From an uncultured virus (IMG/VR IMGVR_UViG_3300021961_000087) (lineage: Duplodnaviria; Heunggongvirae; Uroviricota; Caudoviricetes; Crassvirales), in IMG/VR virus record IMGVR_UViG_3300021961_000087: 64,000 nucleotides of DNA; one strand, given 5' to 3'. Shown here one piece after another: positions 1 to 10,100 of this stretch. The notes under the pieces are model-generated. The model was not told the origin of the DNA and searched no databases. It saw only the letters and a program-made list of their open reading frames with translations. Each line of letters starts with the position of its first letter. Position 1 is the first letter of the stretch. The translations under genes were made by a program, and so were the position numbers.

Positions 1-7
1 ATTTGTC

Positions 8-268
8 TTACTTGTAAGACAAATCGCCATCAATAGCCAATTCATTTTTGTATTTACCAATTGGCTGCTCACCTCTTGCATATAGTCTTAGTCTGCGGAA
101 ATCTTGCCATTGACCGTAGTATCTACAATTGTTTCCGTCTTTTCTAAACCATTCATATTGAATAGCTTGACCCACTTGCAAACCAAATGCATCAGATGCC
201 TTTTCAGCATCGGTTGCTAATTGACTTGGGAATGCTGCGGTGTTTATGTTGATTGTTACATTTTTCAT
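8..268 (-). CDS. Portal protein, N-terminal fragment (truncated at window start)
   Basis: Directly follows terminase; 'RLYARGEQPIGKYKNELAIDGDLSY' resembles N-termini of Bacteroidota-phage portals; the stop lies inside a terminal fold-back (nt 1-11 = reverse complement of 14-24). Confidence 0.75.
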   Translation of the reverse strand: MKNVTININTAAFPSQLATDAEKASDAFGLQVGQAIQYEWFRKDGNNCRYYGQWQDFRRLRLYARGEQPIGKYKNELAIDGDLSYK

Positions 269-2514
269 CTAATCAATTGACTTGTTGTTCCTTCGTTTTT
301 ATACTTAGCGAAGTTAATAATTAATTTTGATTCTTTTTTCTCCGGTGTATATAAGTGCTTTTGATTAGCCATTATACATAATCCTGAACTAATAGAAGCA
401 TCAAATCGTGTTCTATCGTTTATGTCAAACTTAGCCCAATCCTCAAGTGTTCTTGTAAATGGCATAGTACCCATTTGCTCCGGGTCTCTATACTTTGCTT
501 CTAAATCAAAACCTACAAACTTCTCAATGTAAGACTCAATAGCTGAGGCGTGTGCCTGTTTAACATCCTCAGATGAGTTGGGTATACCCCCTAACTCACG
601 CTCGGTCTTTGTCAATTTTGCTAATTGCTTATCGGGTCTATTAATAGAGTATCCCCTATACCCCCTGTTTTTTAGATGGTACAAAAGTCTCGGTTTGTTA
701 TTCTCTACTAAGATAGGCATTCCATAGAACACTATAGCCATAAGAACTTCTTCAAAGAATATTTCCGCAGTTTGTGGACGGGCAATATATTCTAAGAAGA
801 ACTCATTTACAGGAGCATCATCCATATGAAACTTGGTCATTCCGTGAAGTGCACCATTGGACCCACGTCCGCCAACTACGGCTGAGATGTCATAAGAGTC
901 ACAACCAAATGAACCAAGATGCTCATTGCCCGGATACTTAACACCATTACGTGTATGTACATTGTTTTGCATATGCTTAGGCGGTGCCCAACTAATATTA
1001 AACCTGCCTCTTGGGTCAGGTGTCCATATCACTTCAGTATCTTTAATGCCATCCTTCCACGAAAACATTCCACGAGTAAGGTAGTGCTCCTTAATCATTG
1101 AGTCGTTATAGTCAATTTGCTGATAAATTTTTGTAAGGTTGAACAAGGCTTGCTTGCTCTCGTCACGAAATGCGTGAGACTGCGTTCTCGGGAACTGACG
1201 GTAAAATTCGTTTAGTGCTTCAGCGTCATTCTTTAATGAATCAACTTCCGCTTCCCAATAGTCAATAGCTCCATTCTTAATTAGGTTCCCGTCTACACCC
1301 ATCACAGGCTCCTCAGGTTTCCGGAATACAGGATGACCATATCTATCAATGAATCCTTCCATATTCCACTCCATCGGAATGAATATGGCATATAGACCAC
1401 TTTTAGTCTGCCCATTGGCGTTACGAACCTTCACATTTGAATCCTCGTAAATATCTTTATAGTTCTGACCCCCTTTGCTTAAAGCATTGGACGTTGAGCC
1501 CATCATACACTTGCCGATAATCTTACTACCTAAGCGAAGACAGGTTTTGGTTACACGCCAATTCTCTTTAATGTTTACAGGCTTGGTCCACTTGGCAGAC
1601 TCATCGTGCGCCAAGAATAGTAGCTTCTCTCCATCGTATGAGTTATCCTCAGTATTTTTCCAATCTATTGATGTATCAAGTCCATCGACCTCATTGTCGT
1701 CAGTCTCGTACATATTCTTTTTAGTAATCTTAGCTGCCGGAACCCTGTACGCAAGCTCAGTCTTTGGCTTGTCCATACCGTCCATCACAGGCTTGAAAAA
1801 GAATGGAAGACGGCTATTAATAGGCACAACCTTGTCGGTGAACATCTTCTTAGCATCGGCACCTGTCTTGGATAGGATACCTATACGTGCGTCACGTGCG
1901 AGTGTACCTATGTTCACGCACTCAGATGATGACATAAACGAGAACCCCGAACGTCTAATCTTTAAGTATATCATACCAAAAGACCTTGGGTCAGCACGGC
2001 AGGCTTCCCAAAATATCCAATATATTCTATTTGCTTCACGGAAGTCAGGATAGCCAATGTCAATACTTGACCATTGCAAGTACATATAATGAGAGCCGGT
2101 TATGTAGGTTTTGATTCCGTTGTTTATAAACCAAAAACCTTGCTCACGGTAATCAAACTCTTGCTCGATGTAATCGACCCAACGGTTTTTAAACTCTTTT
2201 GGTTTTTCGTTCCATTGAAATATGGATTGAATTTTAGCTAAGTCTCTTGGCAATGGTTGACGTTCCCAATACTGCTCAGCTTTAGCGGAGTGTCTTTGAA
2301 GACACTTTTCGGGTGCTAATGGAAGTGCAATGCGTAACCCTTCTATCTCATATATTTCACCTATCTGTCCGGTTTTTGAAATGACAACAATATCATATTG
2401 GTCGTTATAGCCATACAGCCACGACTTCACTCTATTTTTATTAGAGATGACCGCAGGTGGGATATAATCCTTGAGCACCTTGCATAGACTATTGTTTTGA
2501 CCTTCGTTCTGCAA
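265..2514 (-). CDS. terL: Terminase large subunit
   Basis: 749 aa; 'LKIRRSGFS' Walker A-like, 'LAHDE' Walker B, 'MGST' coupling motif, 'FGCDSYD' RNase H-like nuclease motif; adjacent to portal. Confidence 0.9.
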   Translation of the reverse strand: MQNEGQNNSLCKVLKDYIPPAVISNKNRVKSWLYGYNDQYDIVVISKTGQIGEIYEIEGLRIALPLAPEKCLQRHSAKAEQYWERQPLPRDLAKIQSIFQWNEKPKEFKNRWVDYIEQEFDYREQGFWFINNGIKTYITGSHYMYLQWSSIDIGYPDFREANRIYWIFWEACRADPRSFGMIYLKIRRSGFSFMSSSECVNIGTLARDARIGILSKTGADAKKMFTDKVVPINSRLPFFFKPVMDGMDKPKTELAYRVPAAKITKKNMYETDDNEVDGLDTSIDWKNTEDNSYDGEKLLFLAHDESAKWTKPVNIKENWRVTKTCLRLGSKIIGKCMMGSTSNALSKGGQNYKDIYEDSNVKVRNANGQTKSGLYAIFIPMEWNMEGFIDRYGHPVFRKPEEPVMGVDGNLIKNGAIDYWEAEVDSLKNDAEALNEFYRQFPRTQSHAFRDESKQALFNLTKIYQQIDYNDSMIKEHYLTRGMFSWKDGIKDTEVIWTPDPRGRFNISWAPPKHMQNNVHTRNGVKYPGNEHLGSFGCDSYDISAVVGGRGSNGALHGMTKFHMDDAPVNEFFLEYIARPQTAEIFFEEVLMAIVFYGMPILVENNKPRLLYHLKNRGYRGYSINRPDKQLAKLTKTERELGGIPNSSEDVKQAHASAIESYIEKFVGFDLEAKYRDPEQMGTMPFTRTLEDWAKFDINDRTRFDASISSGLCIMANQKHLYTPEKKESKLIINFAKYKNEGTTSQLIR
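2290..2305. repeat. 16-bp near-palindrome GTGTCTTTGAAGACAC, copy 1 (inside terL)
   Basis: Exact match. Confidence 0.9.
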
Positions 2515-2779
2515 ATCCTTGTTTTGTATCGGTTTTACTTACTCCACGTTCTGCGGAGTCTAAGTTTTCTTTCTCTGCTTCTATTCTACTAAGTATCTCA
2601 AACGCATCAAAGATGGCTAACTTCTTAGCGGCTGCTGCATTCTTCATCTTATCAGCAGCCACATCAGGGTTATCTGAATCGGTATTGATAATATCTTCCT
2701 CAGCCACTTTCACAAGATGGTTGACAGCTTTATATCCGGCTTCAATAATGCGTAATTTTATTTCTTTGGTGTCTCTCAT
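2489..2779 (-). CDS. Hypothetical helical protein (possible terminase small subunit by position)
   Basis: 96 aa, overlaps the terL start; position only. Confidence 0.5.
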   Translation of the reverse strand: MRDTKEIKLRIIEAGYKAVNHLVKVAEEDIINTDSDNPDVAADKMKNAAAAKKLAIFDAFEILSRIEAEKENLDSAERGVSKTDTKQGFAERRSKQ

Positions 2780-3252
2780 TACTTTGCCTTTAAAAATATT
2801 ATCTGAACCAACCTTGCTGTTTCAGCTTCTCCAAAGTTATCAAATAAATTCCTCGAGTGTGGAGCGTCTGAATTAAACGCAATCATACGATTAAACTTAG
2901 AGTACATCGTTAAGAGTGGCTTTTTATGTTCATCATATATGGTTGTGCCATCATCCTCAGGAGCCTGCTCGTTTAAATATAAAAGACAAGTAATGTCACC
3001 CATCATCTCGTCTGTATGTATAAAGTTTGGCTCTTCTTGGTTAAGCGGAGACTTACGAATAAAATTTAAGTCTACCTTGTAACCAAGGAATAAGTTGGTA
3101 ACGTATAAGGCAAACTCATCGTTATTGTCACGAGGTTGAATGTTCCTGAATACGTTGTCACCATCTGCCACGTCTTGGAACTCGTGAATGTGGATGTCTG
3201 ATACATAAGCAATTGGGTCTTTAATAACGTTGTCGAATGTGATTAGATTCAT
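2779..3252 (-). CDS. 2OG-Fe(II) oxygenase superfamily protein
   Basis: HxD (FIHTD), 'LLYLN', 'GTT', 'FNRMIAF', distal His (PHS) and Arg (RLVQ) pattern. Confidence 0.75.
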   Translation of the reverse strand: MNLITFDNVIKDPIAYVSDIHIHEFQDVADGDNVFRNIQPRDNNDEFALYVTNLFLGYKVDLNFIRKSPLNQEEPNFIHTDEMMGDITCLLYLNEQAPEDDGTTIYDEHKKPLLTMYSKFNRMIAFNSDAPHSRNLFDNFGEAETARLVQIIFLKAK

Positions 3253-3812
3253 AATTTAATTGTTATTTGATGGTCGTACATTCTATATAATTTCTCATCA
3301 TCTACGGTAAACTCATATTCACTATCAGGGCTAAAGCATACCATATCGCCTTCTTTGATGCCACGTTCAAGTAAGTACTCGTTAGGGTACTTCATAATGC
3401 CCATAAGAGGCTCCTCACTGAATGGTTTCTTTATATAACTCTGTGTAGTGGGGATAGGCTTGACAAAACAAAACCTATCATAAGCATTCCATTTATTGTC
3501 TTGCTTATACATAAAGAACTGTTCGGTCTCAATAAAGAATAGGTCGTCTTTAAAAAAAGACTTACCACTCTTTTGCCTACCCCGCATATCATTATAATAT
3601 TTAAATACGTTATGGTGCACAAGTAAAGTGTCACCTTCCTTGATTGGACCTTTATAACCCAACGGAAGTTCTACGACTTCTGCAAATCGGTTAGAAAACT
3701 TATGGTCTTCTTCTGAAGTACTGACAATAAACTCTACCCCACCAATATCTTTGGTATTGTCATATCGTTTTCCGTTTACCGGCTTAGCTATAAAATAGAA
3801 TGGTGACTTCAT
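3249..3812 (-). CDS. Tandem GroES-like (two Cpn10-like domains) protein
   Basis: Two halves with GroES-like patterns 'AEVVELP..IKEGDTLLV' and 'FVKP..IKEGDMVCF..EFTVDDEKLYRM'. Confidence 0.55.
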   Translation of the reverse strand: MKSPFYFIAKPVNGKRYDNTKDIGGVEFIVSTSEEDHKFSNRFAEVVELPLGYKGPIKEGDTLLVHHNVFKYYNDMRGRQKSGKSFFKDDLFFIETEQFFMYKQDNKWNAYDRFCFVKPIPTTQSYIKKPFSEEPLMGIMKYPNEYLLERGIKEGDMVCFSPDSEYEFTVDDEKLYRMYDHQITIKL

Positions 3813-4039
3813 TAAAAATTTATATTGTATTCAATTGAAATTGGTATTGTGGCATTAAACTCTTTCCAAAGCAAAACCTCAGCTTTATCATTAATAATAT
3901 ATATTTTAATAGATTGTCTTTCGGCATCAAGTTTAATTAAGTGTATCTCATTGGTATCACCAAGCACTTTCTGCCCTACAATGTAGTGCATTGCGCCTCC
4001 TTTATAATCCGGTCCTATTGATATTTTGCGTATGTCCAT
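3812..4039 (-). CDS. Hypothetical protein
   Basis: 75-aa ORF tightly coupled in the operon. Confidence 0.7.
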   Translation of the reverse strand: MDIRKISIGPDYKGGAMHYIVGQKVLGDTNEIHLIKLDAERQSIKIYIINDKAEVLLWKEFNATIPISIEYNINF

Positions 4040-4259
4040 TATTATTACTTTTATTATTTAGACCAAATTTAATCCATTTATACCAAATACGCTCGTGAAT
4101 ATAATATTGAATAGGCTTATATACTAATTCAGCAACACTAAATGCTGCGCCAACTTTTACTGAGCCACTCATAAACCACATTAGAAAAAATCCAATTGCA
4201 GTACTTACAATTCTGTAACTAATAGTTTTAGCTATATGTCTTTTCTTTTGAACTATCAT
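4002..4259 (-). CDS. DUF2061-like small membrane protein
   Basis: 'KTISYRIVST...YYIHERIW' signature with two hydrophobic segments. Confidence 0.75.
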   Translation of the reverse strand: MIVQKKRHIAKTISYRIVSTAIGFFLMWFMSGSVKVGAAFSVAELVYKPIQYYIHERIWYKWIKFGLNNKSNNNGHTQNINRTGL

Positions 4260-4633
4260 AATCCTAAATCTTTTCTTATTTTGGTTGCAGATATTTCAGC
4301 TATTTCAGTTGGAGGTATATGCTCAATAATATCGTAGCCTACACCTCTACCAAAGTTGACAGAAGAAATATCAGGAACAACCATTACTGATACGTTAGGA
4401 TTGTCTTTGTACTCTTTTTTAATTGTATCCAATACTTCATTAACAGGAAAAGGATTCTTTTCATCCGGCTCTACATCTCTTATCCCAATTAAAACTCTTC
4501 CTCCCTCATCCAACACTTGTTGAAACATCTGTCTGTGCGCTTCGTGTATTGGCTGCCAACGACCTATAAATAAAGACCATTGGTTATTTTTACGTTGCAT
4601 TGAACTTGCAACGTGTACTTTTTTACTCCACAT
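4256..4633 (-). CDS. HIGH-superfamily (cytidyltransferase-like) nucleotidyltransferase; candidate minimal ATP sulfurylase
   Basis: 'FIGRWQPIHEAH' (HxxH) and 'ISATKIR' motifs; adjacent to APS kinase. Confidence 0.75.
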   Translation of the reverse strand: MWSKKVHVASSMQRKNNQWSLFIGRWQPIHEAHRQMFQQVLDEGGRVLIGIRDVEPDEKNPFPVNEVLDTIKKEYKDNPNVSVMVVPDISSVNFGRGVGYDIIEHIPPTEIAEISATKIRKDLGL

Positions 4634-5039
4634 ATGATTTGATTTGATTTAAGCATTGCTCTACCGTTAAGTTGTCTGTGTTAATCTGTAAAAATGTCTC
4701 CAACTCAGGCTCTTCAAAGTCACTTACGTGAAAATGTTCTCTGCCTCTTGGATTTGTATAAGTAAGATAAACCCACTTCACATCATCAGTAAGACTGTTT
4801 AAGTAGTCTCTTGCTTCTTTGTATGGATAAACCAACGATAAAACCACATCCTCACCTTCGCTATTTATATAATGAGCAATATCACTTGCCCTGTTTAAGT
4901 TTCTAATACGACCTTCTTTGCTATAATCTTTGTTGGCAAATAGTTCTCTTAGCTTATCTCCGTCTATATTATGAACACCGATTTCATTTGCTAATGTTGT
5001 CTTACCACTATGAGGTTGACCAAATAATACTATTATCAT
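4623..5039 (-). CDS. cysC: Adenylyl-sulfate (APS) kinase-like, compact
   Basis: P-loop 'GQPHSGKTT', 'IDGDKLR', 'DYSKEGRIRNL', 'FEEP'; start taken at MIIVLFG, which overlaps the upstream stop. Confidence 0.75.
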   Translation of the reverse strand: MIIVLFGQPHSGKTTLANEIGVHNIDGDKLRELFANKDYSKEGRIRNLNRASDIAHYINSEGEDVVLSLVYPYKEARDYLNSLTDDVKWVYLTYTNPRGREHFHVSDFEEPELETFLQINTDNLTVEQCLNQIKSYVE

Positions 5040-5854
5040 TTTGAATATTTGAATTGTTGAAAGAACCATTGATAGTTATCCCATATCCAATTAGTCACGT
5101 CTTTTCCTAAAAGTTGTTTTGCTTTTGAAGGAACCGGCTCTAACTTAGTTCTGATGACGTGGTCGCCAAAGCTGCCATAGACCTCATCGTCTTCTTTTGT
5201 TACTTGCTCTATGTTATCCCAATCATGTTTAAAATATGGAATACCTAAGTACTCATATATTTTAATCATAGTAGTGTCAGGATATAAGCATAGGTCTTCA
5301 AACTTTACAAATAATATGTGCTTATCTATACCCAATCTATATAACTCTTGAAGTCTTTCAATAGCTAATCCAACAGGTTGAGACTGTGCCCATATGTCAA
5401 CACGCTTAGGAACTGTTGTACCTTGCATTTGTGCCCAATTAAGAATAGCATTTGCCTTGTCAGGATTCTTTCTGTAGTTATTCTCCATAGAAGCAAATAT
5501 GTCTCTAAGGTCCCTTACCATACATATAATCTTTGGCTCAGGGTGAATAAAATTAAGGAAGTCATAATGGATTCCCCATCCACGAGATTTATCTACAACA
5601 TACTTCTTGTCGGTAATAGCATTGTAATAAGCTGTCATACCCTCCTTGCAAAATGCTTGGAAAGCTGTTTTCATTACCTCAGGGTCCTGTGCTTTAAACT
5701 CAGGAGAGTCTGTATAATTACCTCTTGCTGCAAATACAAGTTCTAATACACCTGATGTAGGTGTTGCGTATATGTCAGGATTCTGTGCTAATATATTTTG
5801 CAATAAAGTTGACCCTGCTCTTGGCAAGGAACTTTGATAGAATATTTTGTCCAT
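5036..5854 (-). CDS. PAPS-dependent sulfotransferase
   Basis: 5'-PSB loop 'SLPRAGSTLL', 'DKSR', 3'-PB 'MVRDLRDIFAS', 'VKFEDL'. Confidence 0.85.
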   Translation of the reverse strand: MDKIFYQSSLPRAGSTLLQNILAQNPDIYATPTSGVLELVFAARGNYTDSPEFKAQDPEVMKTAFQAFCKEGMTAYYNAITDKKYVVDKSRGWGIHYDFLNFIHPEPKIICMVRDLRDIFASMENNYRKNPDKANAILNWAQMQGTTVPKRVDIWAQSQPVGLAIERLQELYRLGIDKHILFVKFEDLCLYPDTTMIKIYEYLGIPYFKHDWDNIEQVTKEDDEVYGSFGDHVIRTKLEPVPSKAKQLLGKDVTNWIWDNYQWFFQQFKYSK

Positions 5855-5855
5855 A

Positions 5856-6731
5856 TTATTTTTTAAGAGATGCTATAATCTTATCTACGTCAAATATTTC
5901 ATCCTCATTGTTATAAGGAAACTCTAATAAATCACCTGCGATATTATACTTCTGTAAGAATGAATTTCTTAACTCAGGTTTTTTAGTTTGAGGATTTGCT
6001 AAAATATTGTCGTGTAAGCTATGACCAAAAACAACCGGTGTATTGGCTATCCAACATACAGTACTTGGTTTGTTAATGGCAGCAGCAGCGTGCTGACCAA
6101 AACTATCCATAAGTAATCTTTTATCGCTCAGTTCAATTAAGACTGCTAATGCTCTAAAGTTATCTGAAACTGTATAAGTGCCATCGTATGACAATTGGTC
6201 TTCTCTCCTAATATGAATAATGTTATATTGACTTTTAAACTCTTCTATGATTTTTGTTACAACGGTTGCAGGAATATCTCTTGCCCAAGAATACTTTAAT
6301 TCTTGTTGCGCTGCACCACCATTGGTCTGTAATAAAAGAATAGGTTTGTCTGATGCAAACTTTTTAGAGAAGAAAGATTTCTCTCTATCTGTAATAAATA
6401 ATTCGGGATTGGTTGACTCAGGTGTCTCAATACCAAACATATTACACCACGTGTGTACTAAATGTTCTGACTGAGATAAATGACCTGCTTCAAAATAAGG
6501 GTCGTGTCCAAGAAACTTGAACTCTTTGTTTTCAATGTAGTCTTGGTAAAAGTACTGAGTACCACCAAAAGCAAATGCTCTGTCTACATTAGGGTTATCC
6601 AAAAACACTTCAGGATAACCACTCATTACTATTAATTGCGAATCAGGGTATTGTTTTTTGATTTGCTTACATACTGCCGTAGACATTATGGCTTTACCAA
6701 TACCCCCATTAATTTGGAATATTATATTCAT
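5856..6731 (-). CDS. GT-B glycosyltransferase, GT9 (heptosyltransferase)-like
   Basis: 'GGIGKAIMST' N-terminus, 'VFLDNPNVD', C-terminal 'DSFGQHAAAAINKPSTVCW' typical of GT9-like proteins. Confidence 0.7.
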   Translation of the reverse strand: MNIIFQINGGIGKAIMSTAVCKQIKKQYPDSQLIVMSGYPEVFLDNPNVDRAFAFGGTQYFYQDYIENKEFKFLGHDPYFEAGHLSQSEHLVHTWCNMFGIETPESTNPELFITDREKSFFSKKFASDKPILLLQTNGGAAQQELKYSWARDIPATVVTKIIEEFKSQYNIIHIRREDQLSYDGTYTVSDNFRALAVLIELSDKRLLMDSFGQHAAAAINKPSTVCWIANTPVVFGHSLHDNILANPQTKKPELRNSFLQKYNIAGDLLEFPYNNEDEIFDVDKIIASLKK

Positions 6732-6768
6732 ATTAGATTAGATTTAATTGCCAATAAAAAAACTCCTA

Positions 6769-7092
6769 CTATTCTGTAGGAGGTACGTAAGCTAACACTT
6801 CAGTTGCTAATTTATCTAACAACGTTTGGTCTAAGTCAGCAGCCTGAACTCTAAATGACTGAGCATTTGGTTCTTTTGGAAGCCAATCAGAAAACAAAGT
6901 ATTGAAGTTATTAATAGCGTGGTAAGTTTTAGGACCGGTATAACCTTCAGGTTTACCTGCCCATACGTTCTCAACTACTGCATCAACATCTGCTTGGAAA
7001 GCAGCAATTGGTGCTTGTACATTTTGTGTATCAGAAATAGCCTGAACTGTCCCGAAATCAAAAATGTGGAGTGTGTTCCATGAATTTGCCAT
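6769..7092 (-). CDS. Hypothetical protein (possible fibre-associated)
   Basis: 107-aa ORF immediately after the tail fibre. Confidence 0.65.
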   Translation of the reverse strand: MANSWNTLHIFDFGTVQAISDTQNVQAPIAAFQADVDAVVENVWAGKPEGYTGPKTYHAINNFNTLFSDWLPKEPNAQSFRVQAADLDQTLLDKLATEVLAYVPPTE

Positions 7093-7114
7093 AGTAATAT
7101 TGTTTTGTGTAAAA

Positions 7115-10100
7115 TTATGATTTATTTTCTAATTTTAATAATCTTTCATTTATCTCTTTGAAAGCATTTACATAAGAAGCGTAGATAGCATCTTTCTCAA
7201 ATTGTAGGATTGGACTACCACCTTCTCCAACTATCACTTCCATACCATTTTCATCCACTCTTGCTATTGGATTGGTTTCTACCACACAAGCCATTGCTTG
7301 TTGTACTTCTTGAGCTATGAAGCCATACTTTTTGTGGCAAGAAGAATCTCCATTCCAACAGTAGCTTACAGGTCTTAACTTAACAATGTCTGACAAACCA
7401 AAACCTGTATCTTGAATGGTATTCTTTCTTCTGCAATCAGAAATACCACCACCCCATTGACATAGGTTGTTTACGAATGTGTAGTTGTTTGCTACAGCAG
7501 GTATACATGAACCAATCATGTGAGCATTAATAGCACTATTAGTTGAGTTACAGAAACCTGCAAGTACAGATGAATAGCATGAGTTAGCCGTGTTGCAATC
7601 GCCTCCTCCAACGAAAGAAAACGCTCCTGAAGCAATATTAAATTGACCTCCGCTTACGGTTCCTCTATTACCACTTGCTGTGTTTCCATAACCTCCTGAA
7701 ACTGTTGCTCTTACACCTGTTGCACCATTACTTTGACCTCCTGATATGGTGCTTGCATAGCTACTAGAACTGTTACCATATCCACCGCCAATAAATGAAT
7801 AGTCGTTAGTAGAAGAATTTGCTCGACCACCACCTACTGTTGAAGCAAATCCTGTTGCTGAATTTGTACAGCCACCACCAACAAACGTATAATTTGAAGT
7901 ACAAGCTCTATTGCCTTCACCTCCAACTATAGTTGCATAAGTTGTTGAAGCAACATTATTATATCCACCACCAACAAAAGAAGAGTTTCCTGATGCGGTA
8001 TTAATGTAACCACCTGCAATAGTAGCGTATGTAGCACTTACTGTATTTATATATCCCCCTCCTATTGCTGAACGTTGTCCTGAAGCACTGTTTGACTGTC
8101 CTCCTGCCACTAAAGCAGAAACCGCTGTAACAGAGTTTGCGTAACCACCACCAACAGTACCTGCTATTACAGTAGCTCTATTATTATATCCACCTGATAC
8201 TGTTGTTACAACAGCATTAGAACAGTTTAAATAACCTCCTCCAAGAAATGAACACAATCCTAAAGACAAATTAGATTTACCTCCTGCTACAACTGCATAA
8301 GTTCCTGATGCTGTATTGGTTTCTCCACCACCTACAAATGAACAGTTTCCTGAAGCTGAGTTTCTAAAACCACCTGTAATACTACTTACACCTCCTGAAG
8401 CTGTGTTATCATATCCTCCACTAATGGTAGAATAGTTATTATTTGCAGCGTTTGAATATCCACCACTTACAGTAGATTGAAGTCCTAAAGAACGATTGTT
8501 AGAACCTGCTCCTATGAAAGCATAACTTCCTGAAGAAATATTAGTAATTCCTCCTACAATAACTGACATATAACCACTTGCAGAGTTAGCTGCACCACCA
8601 CCAATAAATGTATAACTATTACTTGTAGCGTTTTGGTTACCACCTGCTATTGTTGAGATTGTACAGTTGGCTACGTTAAATGCTCCACCTCCAACAAATG
8701 AACAAGCCCCTGTAGCTCTATTCTGAAATCCTCCTCCTATTGTTGATAATTGACCTGCTGCATAGAAAGTAGTTGGAGCAACAGAAAAATATCCATTTGC
8801 AACCCAAGTACCACCTGAAGTGTTATTACCAACACCCCCTGCAATAGTTGCTCCTGATGAGCAGTTTGCTGATGTTGGACAACACATCCAATTGCATATA
8901 CCACCACCTATTGTACCATTTGATGCAAAAATATAGTTATTATAACCTCCACTAATTGTAGAAGCATAACTGTTTCCTGCTATATAGTTTCCATATCCTG
9001 CGCCAACAGCTGAATAATTATGAGATGCTGTGTTGTTTTGTCCACCTCCTACATAGCTTCTTATACCTGACGCTAAATTACCTTGACCACCTGCTACAGT
9101 TGAAAATGTAGAATTTGCTGTATTAGAGCTACCTCCTCCTATTGTACTCCAACTACCTGAAGATATATTCCCTTGACCACCTCCCCCTGTAGAACAAGTA
9201 CCTGATGCTATATTAGAAATACCACCACTTATTGTTGAAGCAGTACCAGCAGCACTATTAGACCATCCACCTCCAACTGTAGACCTACAAGCACAAGCAA
9301 CGTTACCACCACCACCACTTATCGTTGAATGGTCGAGTGTAGCTGCGTTTGCATAACCTCCTCCAATTGTAGATGCATATGCTGATGCTGTGTTTCCACC
9401 ACCACCACCTACGCTACTTCTATATCCTGATGCAGTGTTTGCTCTCCCACCTGCTACTGTAGACATATTTCCTGAAGCTATATTTGCACAACCACCTGCT
9501 ACTGTTGATGAATTTGCGCTTGAAGTGTTTCCGCAACCACCACCTATGGTTGATGCGAATGATGAAGATACGTTTTGCGCTCCACCTCCTACAGTTGAGA
9601 AGTAGTTACCACTTGCTGTGTTACTTGAGCCTCCTGCTACAATGGCTGTATTACCTGAAGCTGCATTTTTATATCCGCCACTTACTGTAGAGTTCTGACC
9701 TGTTGCTCTATTTTGAAATCCTCCTCCTATAAAACTAAATGCACCTGCTGTACATACTGTAGGAGCAACGTTAAATCTTTGACCATTCCAAGTACCTCCT
9801 GTTGTATTACCACCTACACCACCTGCTATTGTTACCCCACAAGCAGTAGCAACACAAATATAGTTTGAACTACCACCACCAATAGTAGAAAATCCACTAC
9901 CAAACGCAGCACTTACGCTGCAAATCATATTTTGGTATCCTCCTGATATTGTAGAATAGTTTCCTGATACTGTATTACTATATCCTGCCCCAATAAATGA
10001 ATAATCTTTACTTATTGTGCTATAACCACCGCCACTTATAGTAGAAAAATTACTTGAAACATTATTATTGTTACCTCCAACTACTGCTGCTCTTGCTCCT

